Below, piece by piece: positions 9,369 through 18,572 of a DNA stretch of 64,000 nt. Both the position numbers and the translations under genes were made by a program. The notes under the pieces were generated by a model. The model did not search any database. It saw only the letters and a program-made list of their open reading frames with translations, and had not been told where the DNA came from. Positions within the stretch are counted from its first letter, which is position 1; each line of letters begins with the position of its first letter. Where the stretch lies: contig NZ_MWQY01000012.1 in the NCBI RefSeq assembly GCF_002087085.1, positions 62,001-126,000 on the forward strand, written 5' to 3'.

Positions 9369-10486
9369 AAGTAATGGTAATTGTCGGCACCCGACCTGAA
9401 ATAATCCGTTTATCCAGAGTCATTATTCTTCTTCGAGAGACTTTTGATTGTGTTTTTGTACATACTGGCCAAAACTATTCTTATGAGCTTGGCGAGATTT
9501 TTTATAAAGATCTCGAGTTAGATCCGCCCGATTACTATTTAAACGCCGTGGGAAATACTCTTGCTGAAACATTAGGCTTGATAATATCAAAGTCTGATGA
9601 AGTTATGGAAAAAGAGGCACCTGATGCACTCCTTGTTCTAGGGGATACAAACAGTGCTTTATCCGTTATTCCGGCAAAAAGAAGGAAAATCCCTATTTTT
9701 CATTTTGAAGCCGGGAATAGATGTTTTGACCAACGCGTACCGGAAGAAATAAACAGGAGAATCGTAGACCATACAGCGGATATTAATTTGACGTATAGTG
9801 AAATCGCCAAGCAGAATTTACTTCGTGAGGGATTACCGATGGATAGAGTGTTCAATATCGGAAGTCCAATGTTCGAGGTCCTTGAATGCTATAAAGATAA
9901 GATTAACCAGGCTAAAGTGCTTGAAAAATTCGGTCTCAAACCTGATCACTATTTTGTATTAAGTGCGCATCGGGAAGAAAATGTCGACAGTAAAGACAAG
10001 CTAAATGATTTGATGTCTGCTATAGAGAGTGTTTTAGTTGATTACCCGTTTCCGATTCTTTTTTCTGTACATCCGAGGACAGAAAAGAAATTGAAAGAGC
10101 ATGGCCTTATGCTGAATGACAGAATCATAGCCTCTAAACCTCTATGTTTTACAGAATATGTAGCGCTGCAAAAGCATGCATATTGTGTTTTATCTGATAG
10201 TGGAACGATAACGGAAGAATCTGCAATTCTGAATATCCCTGCTTTGAACTTGAGGGAGACACATGAGAGACATGAGGGGATGGAAAAAGCAGCTGTAACC
10301 ATGACCGGCTTTGATCCGAAGTTAATTAAAATCGGCATAAACATTGCGCGACGACAAGTCGATAGAACAGAAGTTCAACTCAACAGTATTCCGGACTATG
10401 CTCAGAAGAATATTTCAGAAAAAGTAGTTAAAATAATTCTTAGCTATACCTCATATATCAATAGGAAATCGTGGCTAAAAGTGTGA
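9365..10486 (+). CDS. Non-hydrolysing UDP-N-acetylhexosamine 2-epimerase (FnlC/WbjD/QnlB family)
   Basis: VGTRPEIIRLS, HTGQNY, LGDTNS, EAGNRCFDQRVPEEINR, HREENVD, SDSGTITEE. Confidence 0.9.
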   Translation: MKVMVIVGTRPEIIRLSRVIILLRETFDCVFVHTGQNYSYELGEIFYKDLELDPPDYYLNAVGNTLAETLGLIISKSDEVMEKEAPDALLVLGDTNSALSVIPAKRRKIPIFHFEAGNRCFDQRVPEEINRRIVDHTADINLTYSEIAKQNLLREGLPMDRVFNIGSPMFEVLECYKDKINQAKVLEKFGLKPDHYFVLSAHREENVDSKDKLNDLMSAIESVLVDYPFPILFSVHPRTEKKLKEHGLMLNDRIIASKPLCFTEYVALQKHAYCVLSDSGTITEESAILNIPALNLRETHERHEGMEKAAVTMTGFDPKLIKIGINIARRQVDRTEVQLNSIPDYAQKNISEKVVKIILSYTSYINRKSWLKV

Positions 10487-10562
10487 ATTTCGGTCAATGA
10501 TCAAGCTTCCAGACAGGATATATATTCTCCAGTAAACCAGCAAACATAACAGAGGAAGATGA

Positions 10563-11543
10563 ATGGCATCGATTGCTATAAAACCTAAAGTATCTATACT
10601 GATTCCCGTATATAACGGTTCAAATTTTCTTAAGCAGGCTATTGACAGCGCTATAGGACAGAATTACACAGAAAAGGAAATCATCGTAATCAATGATGGA
10701 TCGAATGACAACGGCGCTACCAGAAAAGATGCTGAGTCATTCGTTCCCAATATTATGTACTATGAGAAGGAAAATGGCGGCGTCGCATCTGCATTAAACC
10801 TGGGAATAGAAAAATCAACCGGAGAATATATTTCGTGGCTTAGTCATGATGATTTTTATTATCCAAATAAGCTTGAAGATCAAATCTCTTACGTGACGAG
10901 TCTGGAAAACAATAAAGTTATTGTATTTTCGAATGAAGATATGGTAGATGAGAACAATATTGTTATTCGGCCCGCATTTCAACGTAAATTTGATAACTCT
11001 AAGTTTTATAGAGAATTATTAGTTAAGAAATTTATAGGAGGTTGTTCCTTGCTCATTCCCAGGAAAGCTTTTGATAGGTGTGGGGAATTTGATGAATCGC
11101 TTCGAACAGTCCAGGATTACGATATGTGGTTCAGGATGCTCAATAACGGCTATACATTTTCTTATTATCAGATAACATCTGGCGCAAAAAGGCGACACGG
11201 TGGACAGGATTCTCAACAAAAAAAAGAACTTCGCAGAAAAGAGAAAATTGTTCTGTTAAAAAGAGCTTTAACATCAATGACGGATGAAGTACTTCAAAAA
11301 AACTTTCCTAAAGGGTCCGGTGATTTCTTCACGATTGCCAGATCATTTTATAAACAGGGACTGTCTGAAGTTTATTTGTATTGTTTTGAAAGAGGTCTAA
11401 GGATAAGAACAGGTTTTAGGCAGCGATTATTGACAGTCCCCAGCTGTATATATACAAAGATATATCCTTTTTTCTATGAAAAGAGAAAAGCGATGAAAGA
11501 AATAATCAAAATCTTCTTGAAATCTGTAAGTAAGAAAAGATAA
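10563..11543 (+). CDS. Glycosyltransferase family 2
   Basis: VSILIPVYN, INDGSND, NGGVASALN, WLSHDD, QDYDMW. Confidence 0.9.
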   Translation: MASIAIKPKVSILIPVYNGSNFLKQAIDSAIGQNYTEKEIIVINDGSNDNGATRKDAESFVPNIMYYEKENGGVASALNLGIEKSTGEYISWLSHDDFYYPNKLEDQISYVTSLENNKVIVFSNEDMVDENNIVIRPAFQRKFDNSKFYRELLVKKFIGGCSLLIPRKAFDRCGEFDESLRTVQDYDMWFRMLNNGYTFSYYQITSGAKRRHGGQDSQQKKELRRKEKIVLLKRALTSMTDEVLQKNFPKGSGDFFTIARSFYKQGLSEVYLYCFERGLRIRTGFRQRLLTVPSCIYTKIYPFFYEKRKAMKEIIKIFLKSVSKKR

Positions 11544-11547
11544 CTGA

Positions 11548-12726
11548 ATGAAAATCCTCCATTTCATTCCAAAGTTCTCTTCAATATCGCAATCCTTTAT
11601 TTATGATTTGCTATTACGATTGGATAAGATAGATCATGTCGACAACACAGTTCTGACGTATAAACGTAGTCAGGAAAAAGAACGCCCGTATAAGGATGTT
11701 AAGATAATAAAATCAAATACATTAATGGAACGGTTAATGTATAAAATATTGAGAAAAATCGGCTGTAAACGTATCGTCGCACCGAACATTCGTGCCCTGA
11801 GAAGGGAACTTAATAAAAAAAATGATTATGATATATTTCATGCTCATTTTGGTAATTCCGCATATAAAGCATTCATTGCTGACGATTCTGTAGAGTTTGC
11901 CATTAAAACAGTAGTAAGTATTCATGGAACGGACATAACAAAGAACTTTGCATCCAAGAAAAAGTATAGAGAGGTATTGATTTCGGCAGCGAATCGAGGT
12001 TGCATATTTCTGGCTAATTCACAGTTTTTAGCTTCAAAAGCAATTGAATTAGGACTACCGCGTGAAAACATAAAAATAGTCTACAACACTGTAAATGAAA
12101 AATTTCTCAACGCTGAACGGGAGTTACCATACGCTGATGGTCCCCTCAGAATAATCAGTATCGGGAGACTGATTGATGTCAAAGGACATGAGTATTTGAT
12201 TCGGGCTGTACCGGTTTTAAAACGGAATATCAAAAATATACAGCTGAGTATTGTCGGAGATGGTATCAATCTTAGTAAGCTCAAGAACCTTGTGCATGAC
12301 TTGGGAATTGATGAGAATGTACATTTTTTGGGTTCCGTATCACACGATAAACTGCCTGAGATTTTATCAAATCATCATATTTATGTTCAGCCATCGATAA
12401 TTTACGAGAAGACCGGACAGGAAGAGTCCTTTGGGATAGTTATTCTTGAAGCATTAGCAGTTGGTTTGCCGGTAATTGTAACAAATACCGGTGGAATGCC
12501 GGAAGTCGTTAATTTTACTTCATCGAAATGGGCAAAAATCATTCCTCAGAAGGACGAGATGAGTATAGCGAAGGCTGTTAATGAAATAATAGATAATAAT
12601 AAGAGTTTTAAATTGAAAGATCCGGATCGAATTAATATCTTAGAAAAATACACTGCTGAAAAGCAAACAGAAACACTTCTCGATATTTATTCTGATGTTA
12701 TTGGTAATTATGCTGATGAAACTTAA
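11548..12726 (+). CDS. Glycosyltransferase family 4 (WcaL-like)
   Basis: HAHFG, HGTDI, IGRLIDVKG, ESFGIVILEALAVGLPVI. Confidence 0.9.
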   Translation: MKILHFIPKFSSISQSFIYDLLLRLDKIDHVDNTVLTYKRSQEKERPYKDVKIIKSNTLMERLMYKILRKIGCKRIVAPNIRALRRELNKKNDYDIFHAHFGNSAYKAFIADDSVEFAIKTVVSIHGTDITKNFASKKKYREVLISAANRGCIFLANSQFLASKAIELGLPRENIKIVYNTVNEKFLNAERELPYADGPLRIISIGRLIDVKGHEYLIRAVPVLKRNIKNIQLSIVGDGINLSKLKNLVHDLGIDENVHFLGSVSHDKLPEILSNHHIYVQPSIIYEKTGQEESFGIVILEALAVGLPVIVTNTGGMPEVVNFTSSKWAKIIPQKDEMSIAKAVNEIIDNNKSFKLKDPDRINILEKYTAEKQTETLLDIYSDVIGNYADET

Positions 12727-13597
12727 AAGAAAAATATTAGGGACTGTAAGAAAACGATTGAATACCTTGAAACTCGGAGAAAAATCTGAACCAGTGCTGC
12801 AGGATCCTCGGGAGTTCCTCTACTCAAATCTAATACCGAGATTTACTGTTGAATTACCGGTAAAAAAAGGCAGGTATCTTGGTTGGTTTGATCTTGACAG
12901 AGAGGGTTTTTCGCCGATTATTCTGGCACTTCATAATTGGAATCAAAATGGGAAGAATAAGGAATCTTTTTATGGGATCCTTGCGCTTTACGCAAAGGTC
13001 GTTGTAATAGATAACCCGAATAAAAAATTATTTTTCAACTCTGAGTTTACTGTTTTTCCGGAAAAATCAGAAGCTCGAAGAATGATATACCCTTGGGATA
13101 CAGGTTCTGTTGAAAGCAGGTATAACGAGCATCTTGAAAAGGTAAGAAAAGAGAATAAGAAATACGGCCTGATGAATTCTTTTGAATCGATTGGTGACAT
13201 TAATTCATGTTCTGATAAAAAACTAAAAATGGAAGCAGAACGGTTTTGTCGACTTGCTGAATCCATAGGCGAATATGGATATAAGAAACAGCCACGGGGG
13301 CAAATTTCTGGTAGTGTATATCTTGCAGGACCTGAGTATGTCTGGGCGGTAGATGGGGGGCACCATCGAGCCCCAGTCCTATCATATCTGGGGTATGAGA
13401 GAATTCCTGTCGTAGTACGTAGATTTGTCAGAAGGGAAGAGGTTGCATTCTGGCCTCAGGTTGTTTCCGGACTCTATAGTGAAGAAGCAGCGCTCCATGT
13501 TTTTGATAACTTCTTCTATAGTCGCCAACCAGATTCCTTTAACGAATGGAAAGAGCATCCTGTCGTAGAAGAAATAAGGCGGAAGAATATTAAATGA
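12716..13597 (+). CDS. Hypothetical protein with ParB/Srx-like motif
   Basis: LAESIGEYGY...WAVDGGHHRAPVLSYLGYERIPV resembles the ParB/sulfiredoxin DGxHR core. Confidence 0.55.
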   Translation: MKLKRKILGTVRKRLNTLKLGEKSEPVLQDPREFLYSNLIPRFTVELPVKKGRYLGWFDLDREGFSPIILALHNWNQNGKNKESFYGILALYAKVVVIDNPNKKLFFNSEFTVFPEKSEARRMIYPWDTGSVESRYNEHLEKVRKENKKYGLMNSFESIGDINSCSDKKLKMEAERFCRLAESIGEYGYKKQPRGQISGSVYLAGPEYVWAVDGGHHRAPVLSYLGYERIPVVVRRFVRREEVAFWPQVVSGLYSEEAALHVFDNFFYSRQPDSFNEWKEHPVVEEIRRKNIK

Positions 13598-14115
13598 AGA
13601 ATATGATAAAGAAGATCAGGATAATTAAAAAGAAAATTCTGTGTTCTATGTATACTCGAGCTGCTTACCGTAAAGCCGGATCTGTGGGGAAAAATTTAAA
13701 GGTGTATTTCCCTGTAAAACTTACCAAAAATACGTTTATCGGTAACGATTGCGGGTTCAATGAGTTAAAGATATTCGGCCATGGTAAGGTAACAATCGGC
13801 GATAACTTTCATTCCGGAAGAGATTGCAAGATCATCACACATGTTCATAATTATGATGAGGGAGTTACCATACCATTTGACAACACTTTTATTGTAAGGG
13901 ATATACAAATAGAGGATTTTGTCTGGATTGGATCATACGTAATAATCCTGGGTGGTGTTACCCTGGGTGAAGGTTGCATTATTCAGGCGGGCTCTGTTGT
14001 GGTAAACGACATTCCCCCTATGGCTATTGCCGGCGGACATCCTGCAAAGGTTTTTAAATATCGGGATACTGAACACTTTACAAAGCTGAAAAACGAAAAG
14101 AAATTCTTAAAATAA
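13594..14115 (+). CDS. Hexapeptide-repeat O-acetyltransferase
   Basis: IEDFVWIGSYVIILGGVTLGEGCIIQAGSVV...AGGHPAK left-handed beta-helix signature. Confidence 0.88.
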   Translation: MKNMIKKIRIIKKKILCSMYTRAAYRKAGSVGKNLKVYFPVKLTKNTFIGNDCGFNELKIFGHGKVTIGDNFHSGRDCKIITHVHNYDEGVTIPFDNTFIVRDIQIEDFVWIGSYVIILGGVTLGEGCIIQAGSVVVNDIPPMAIAGGHPAKVFKYRDTEHFTKLKNEKKFLK

Positions 14116-14120
14116 AGAAA

Positions 14121-15203
14121 TCACACCATACTATGCTCGCCGGCGCATATATACAACTGAACGCTGTCGCGATCTGCCTCATTTAAAAATCTTTCGATAC
14201 GTTTTCCGAAAGATTCAAATGAATAGTTTGTTTCATAGTAAGCATTGATGTTCATCCTCAAGGTCGAGGTGTGGTTTGCATTTATTTTACCGGTTGCAAT
14301 TTCTTTCAGGATGTCAACAAGATTCTGTGTAGTCTGCCAGGTAAAACAGTTTTCCTTATCCTGGAGTTCGGGGTGGAAAATATGCGGAAACTGGGTAATT
14401 GGAACAGCACCTGCAGCCATGGATTCGATCTGATTGTGACACCAGGGATACAGGATTCCCGGGGTATAGATAAAATAGTCGGTTTCCGACAGCAGGCGTA
14501 ACCATTGGTGCTGTGGAATCCCTGCCTTCTGCGTGTCCATTATTACTACTTTGTTTCTGAGATAACCTGATTCCATTTTTTCCAGCAGGTCTTCGTATGA
14601 TCCAGGAAAGTAAGAATAGTCTGATGAAAGATTGTCCCTGATCGCTGCAATTATCTCGTACCGTGTATTAATATTGAAGTAATCTTTTGTCCGCCGGTTC
14701 GTATACTTTCTCTCCAGAATATTTCCTGCAAAGAATGCAGCAATCTTTCTTTCATGTTTTACGGATAACGAACGGGCAAAGCTTTCATTTTCCTTTGACA
14801 TTAAATCGGGATGAAAACCTATGGGATAGAAAATATCCCGCACAGGATCTACTTTATCCGTAAAAATGTTGTAATTTATCCTGACAGTTTTGTTGGAAAC
14901 AGCAGCTGGGGTATCTGAAACAATAAGTGTATTCTTTTTTTTGAATGATTTTGATACAAGTACAAAACCCTTATCACGGGTTATGCCAAAGAAATATTTT
15001 CTGTGGATAAAATTGAAAAAAGGAATGTGTACAAAGCAGCTATACCCTGCTTCCCGAAAAAGGTAGTAAATATGGGACAACCTTCGTATTGCTCCTGTTG
15101 ATACCTCCAATAATTCTATGTAGACTGAATCAGAAGGTATGTTGCTTTTGTTTTTCAACAGTAACGAGAAGTACAATATAGAATTTCGAAGCATTCTCAG
15201 CAT
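14121..15203 (-). CDS. Hypothetical glycosyltransferase-like protein
   Basis: FFAGN, PGILYPWCHNQIESMAAGAVPI resemble a GT-B/exostosin-like C-terminus; opposite strand to the rest of the cluster. Confidence 0.55.
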   Translation of the reverse strand: MLRMLRNSILYFSLLLKNKSNIPSDSVYIELLEVSTGAIRRLSHIYYLFREAGYSCFVHIPFFNFIHRKYFFGITRDKGFVLVSKSFKKKNTLIVSDTPAAVSNKTVRINYNIFTDKVDPVRDIFYPIGFHPDLMSKENESFARSLSVKHERKIAAFFAGNILERKYTNRRTKDYFNINTRYEIIAAIRDNLSSDYSYFPGSYEDLLEKMESGYLRNKVVIMDTQKAGIPQHQWLRLLSETDYFIYTPGILYPWCHNQIESMAAGAVPITQFPHIFHPELQDKENCFTWQTTQNLVDILKEIATGKINANHTSTLRMNINAYYETNYSFESFGKRIERFLNEADRDSVQLYICAGEHSMV

Positions 15204-15296
15204 TATATAACCATCTATCTTGTTGGTGTGAAATTATAAATGAAGCATGCATAATGCGTAAATTGTTGTCAATAGACGTTTTAATCGGAGAAGAAC

Positions 15297-16178
15297 ATGA
15301 CAGATATAACCTACTCCCCCCCCACCGTAATCGCAGAAATCGGTTGTAACCATAAGGGAGAAATGGACATTGCCAAAGAACTGATCAAGATGGCCGCCAT
15401 CTTCTGCAAGGCACCGGTGGCTAAATTCCAGAAACGCACCCCCAGAGAGCTGTTGAGCGAGGAACAATACAACGCTCCCCATCCCAACCCCATGCATGCC
15501 TACGGAGAAACCTACGGCGCCCACCGGGAGTACCTGGAACTGACGGTGGACCAGCATCGGGAACTGATGGACTATTGTAACGAGTTCGGCGTTGTGTACA
15601 GCTCTTCTGTTTGGGACATGACTTCCGCACGGGAGATTGCATCTCTTGATCCGAAACTGATCAAGGTGCCTTCCGCCATGAATAACTATACGGCAATGCT
15701 GGAATACCTCTGCGATAACTACGGCGGACAGATCCATATCTCCACGGGAATGTCCACCACCGAAGAGGTCGACGATATGGTCGCCTTGTTCGAAAAAAAA
15801 GGACGCGCGAAGGACCTGGTACTCTATGCCTGTACCTCCGGTTACCCGGTACCTTTCGAGGACGTCAAGCTTCTGGATATTCCGGACCTTATACAACGCT
15901 ACGGCGGACGTGTAGGGGACTTCGGCTTCTCCGGGCATCATCTGGGTATCGCTATCGATGTGGCTGCCTATGCTCTGGGGGCAACCTGGATCGAGCGCCA
16001 TTTTACCCTGGATCGTACCTGGAAGGGGACCGACCATGCGGCATCCCTGGAGCCCGACGGTCTCCGGCGACTGGTGCGCGATCTGAATGCGACGTATAAG
16101 TCCATGGGGCGTAAAGACGGCGGCCTTCTGGACATCGAGGTGGAACAGCGGGAAAAACTCAAATGGAGGGCACGCTAG
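15297..16178 (+). CDS. neuB: N-acetylneuraminate/nonulosonate (9-phosphate) synthase, NeuB family, short form without C-terminal SAF domain
   Basis: IAEIGCNHKG, KFQKR, KVPSA, STGM, CTSGYP, GFSGH, IERHFTLDRTWKGTDHAASLEP. Confidence 0.88.
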   Translation: MTDITYSPPTVIAEIGCNHKGEMDIAKELIKMAAIFCKAPVAKFQKRTPRELLSEEQYNAPHPNPMHAYGETYGAHREYLELTVDQHRELMDYCNEFGVVYSSSVWDMTSAREIASLDPKLIKVPSAMNNYTAMLEYLCDNYGGQIHISTGMSTTEEVDDMVALFEKKGRAKDLVLYACTSGYPVPFEDVKLLDIPDLIQRYGGRVGDFGFSGHHLGIAIDVAAYALGATWIERHFTLDRTWKGTDHAASLEPDGLRRLVRDLNATYKSMGRKDGGLLDIEVEQREKLKWRAR

Positions 16179-17347
16179 GCGTGGCTGTCGCGTTTATCCC
16201 GGTCCGGGGGGGGAGCAAGTCGATCCCCTTGAAGAATATAAAACCCTTCTGCAGCAAACCCCTTGTCTACTGGAACCTCCAGGCTCTTGAGCATGCCGAC
16301 GGGGTTGATCATGTTGTTGTTGCCACCGATTCCGACGCAATTGAACAGGCCGTCGCCGGTTTCGGATTTTCGAAGCTGGAGGTCTACCGCAGGAAGGCCG
16401 CCAACGCCACGGATACCGCCTCTACCGAAGCGGTAATGCTGGAGTATCTTGAAGCCCATCCGCTGAAAAGTGAGGAGCTGTTCATTCTTGTGCAGGCCAC
16501 CTCTCCTCTGACCCGCACGGAGGACTTTGCCGGTGCCCTGGAGTACTTCCGGACCTCGGACTGCGACAGTCTCCTCTCCTGCGTGCGTACAAAGCGTTTC
16601 TTCTGGCGTGAAGACGGTACTCCCCTTAACTACGATTACCGGAATCGCCCCCGCAGGCAGGAGTTCGACGGACTTCTTATGGAGAACGGGGCCTTCTACA
16701 TCAACCGTGCCGGCAATATCCTGTGGGACAAAAACCGGCTTTCCGGAAAGATCGCCGTGTATGAAATGCCGGAGTTTACCTCCGTGGAAATCGACGAGCC
16801 CGACGACTGGATCATCGCCGAATCCATAATGAGGAGGCACTCTCCCGAACGGATTTCAGAGGAAAAGCCGGAGCTTAAACTTTTCCTGAGCGACGTAGAC
16901 GGCACCCTTACCGATGCAGGTATGTACTATGATCAGGCCGGTGGAGAATGGAAAAAATTCAACACCCACGACGGCAAGGGTTTCGAGCTGCTGCGCAGCA
17001 GGGGCATAAAAACCGGAATCCTGACCAGCGAAAACACGGCGATCGTGGAACGCCGCGCCAACAAGCTTAAAGTGGATTTTCTGGTGCAGGATGTATCCGC
17101 CGGAGGTAAACTGAACGCAGCGGAGGAGCTCTGCAAAAAGCTCGGGATTTCTCTCTCCTCTGTCGCATATATCGGGGACGATATAAACTGCGCGGAGCTC
17201 CTCAGAGCCGTGGGCTTTGCGGCCTGCCCGGCCGATGCGCTGCCTGCGGTCAAACGGATTCCCGGTATCCGGGTACTATCCCTTCCCGGGGGGCACGGTG
17301 CGGTGCGGGAGTTTATCGATCTGCTTCTGGACGGGTCGGATGCATAA
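16163..17347 (+). CDS. neuA: Acylneuraminate cytidylyltransferase fused to KdsC/YrbI-like HAD phosphatase
   Basis: IPVRGGSKSIPLKN, QATSPL, ENGAFY, EIDEPDD in the N-terminal part; DVDGTLTD, YIGDDINC, GGHGAVRE in the C-terminal part. Confidence 0.9.
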   Translation: MEGTLGVAVAFIPVRGGSKSIPLKNIKPFCSKPLVYWNLQALEHADGVDHVVVATDSDAIEQAVAGFGFSKLEVYRRKAANATDTASTEAVMLEYLEAHPLKSEELFILVQATSPLTRTEDFAGALEYFRTSDCDSLLSCVRTKRFFWREDGTPLNYDYRNRPRRQEFDGLLMENGAFYINRAGNILWDKNRLSGKIAVYEMPEFTSVEIDEPDDWIIAESIMRRHSPERISEEKPELKLFLSDVDGTLTDAGMYYDQAGGEWKKFNTHDGKGFELLRSRGIKTGILTSENTAIVERRANKLKVDFLVQDVSAGGKLNAAEELCKKLGISLSSVAYIGDDINCAELLRAVGFAACPADALPAVKRIPGIRVLSLPGGHGAVREFIDLLLDGSDA

Positions 17348-18572
17348 GGACCGGACAGTAGAATCGCCCCTTGCAGCCTGCGCGGAATATCTGGTATCGG
17401 AGAACCGCAATTCCGATCTCCCCGTGGCGGAGCGGCTTAAAATACAGAAAAAGACCTTCTACGGGAAGGTCCTGGGGCGGCTGTTTTTCTTTCACTGGCC
17501 CGGAGCCCTTCTTTTTCTTCTTTTTTCCATCCCCCGGCGGGAACGGGTGCGGCAGTACCGCGGCATGGTTCTGGCGGACCACTCCAGCAGGGTAATCGAC
17601 CATGCTCTCGCCATGGCCTGGGGCAGGGACTACAAAAATGAGCGGGAGCAGTTCGCAACAAGCAGGGCCTCCCTGGCCGGAGTGTACCTCGCCCTTTTGC
17701 GGCGTCGCGGGTATCTTAAGGAAGCCTTCCAGGCGGCGAATGTACAGCATGTAACGGAATACATACGCCTGGTGCGACTGTTTCATTTTTATCTTGTCTG
17801 GAAGGCCTGGTTTAAGAAAAACCGCCCCACAGCGGTCCTGATCGCCCGCACCAATGATCAAAACAGGCTTGCCCTGGGAGTCGTTGCCCAGGAAGAGGGG
17901 GTTCCCCTGGGGGCTTTTACAGTAGCCCGGGTTACCCTTCAGCGGCAGCTTCCCTTTTCCGTACATACGGCTTTCTGCTGGACTTCCCGGCAGGCCCGGG
18001 ACTATAAAGCTGCAGGGGTGTCTGCGGTCCGCATGCCGGTCCCGGTACTGAAGAATAGTAAGCTTCCTGTCCCGGAGCCGGGAAAGGGTCGCTACGGACT
18101 GCTCCTGAACGCTAAGATCGATACGGCAAAACTCGATGCATGGCTGGAGGAGCTTTTTCGCCTTCAAGGTATAGACAACCTCCACATCCGTCCTCATCCA
18201 GGATTCAATGAGGAAAAACTCTCCCGGATCTCCAGGGGAAAAATCTGCGACTGGCGTCAGCCCCTGTCGGAATACCTTGAAGAACTTGACCTGGCTTTTG
18301 CGGTGAACTCCCATGCTGTTATCGACGCCCTGTTACATGGCATACCGGTAGTCTATCTTGGGGGACTGGACCCTTACGAATACGACCTTCACGGATACGT
18401 TAAAGACGGTATTGTAATTCCCTGGGAAGAGGTAAAGGAGTTTCCCGCTTCTGTAGACGCTTTCTATTCATCCAGGGGATTCAGGGAACGCTGGAATACC
18501 GACGAATTTGAAACATCTCCCCGGGCGGAACAGGAAGCCGTCAAAGAACTCGCCGGAGGCTCCCTTAGGTGA
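17340..18572 (+). CDS. Putative GT-B nonulosonate transferase / capsule biosynthesis protein
   Basis: HIRPHP and NSHAVIDALLHGIPVV motifs resemble CMP-sugar (KpsS/KpsC/sialyltransferase-like) transferases. ATG 17340 overlaps the end of neuA. Confidence 0.5.
   Translation: MHKDRTVESPLAACAEYLVSENRNSDLPVAERLKIQKKTFYGKVLGRLFFFHWPGALLFLLFSIPRRERVRQYRGMVLADHSSRVIDHALAMAWGRDYKNEREQFATSRASLAGVYLALLRRRGYLKEAFQAANVQHVTEYIRLVRLFHFYLVWKAWFKKNRPTAVLIARTNDQNRLALGVVAQEEGVPLGAFTVARVTLQRQLPFSVHTAFCWTSRQARDYKAAGVSAVRMPVPVLKNSKLPVPEPGKGRYGLLLNAKIDTAKLDAWLEELFRLQGIDNLHIRPHPGFNEEKLSRISRGKICDWRQPLSEYLEELDLAFAVNSHAVIDALLHGIPVVYLGGLDPYEYDLHGYVKDGIVIPWEEVKEFPASVDAFYSSRGFRERWNTDEFETSPRAEQEAVKELAGGSLR

Noticed and set aside
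15002..15010. Single DnaA box (TGTGGATAA)
   Set aside because: Isolated and inside a coding sequence; compatible with chance.
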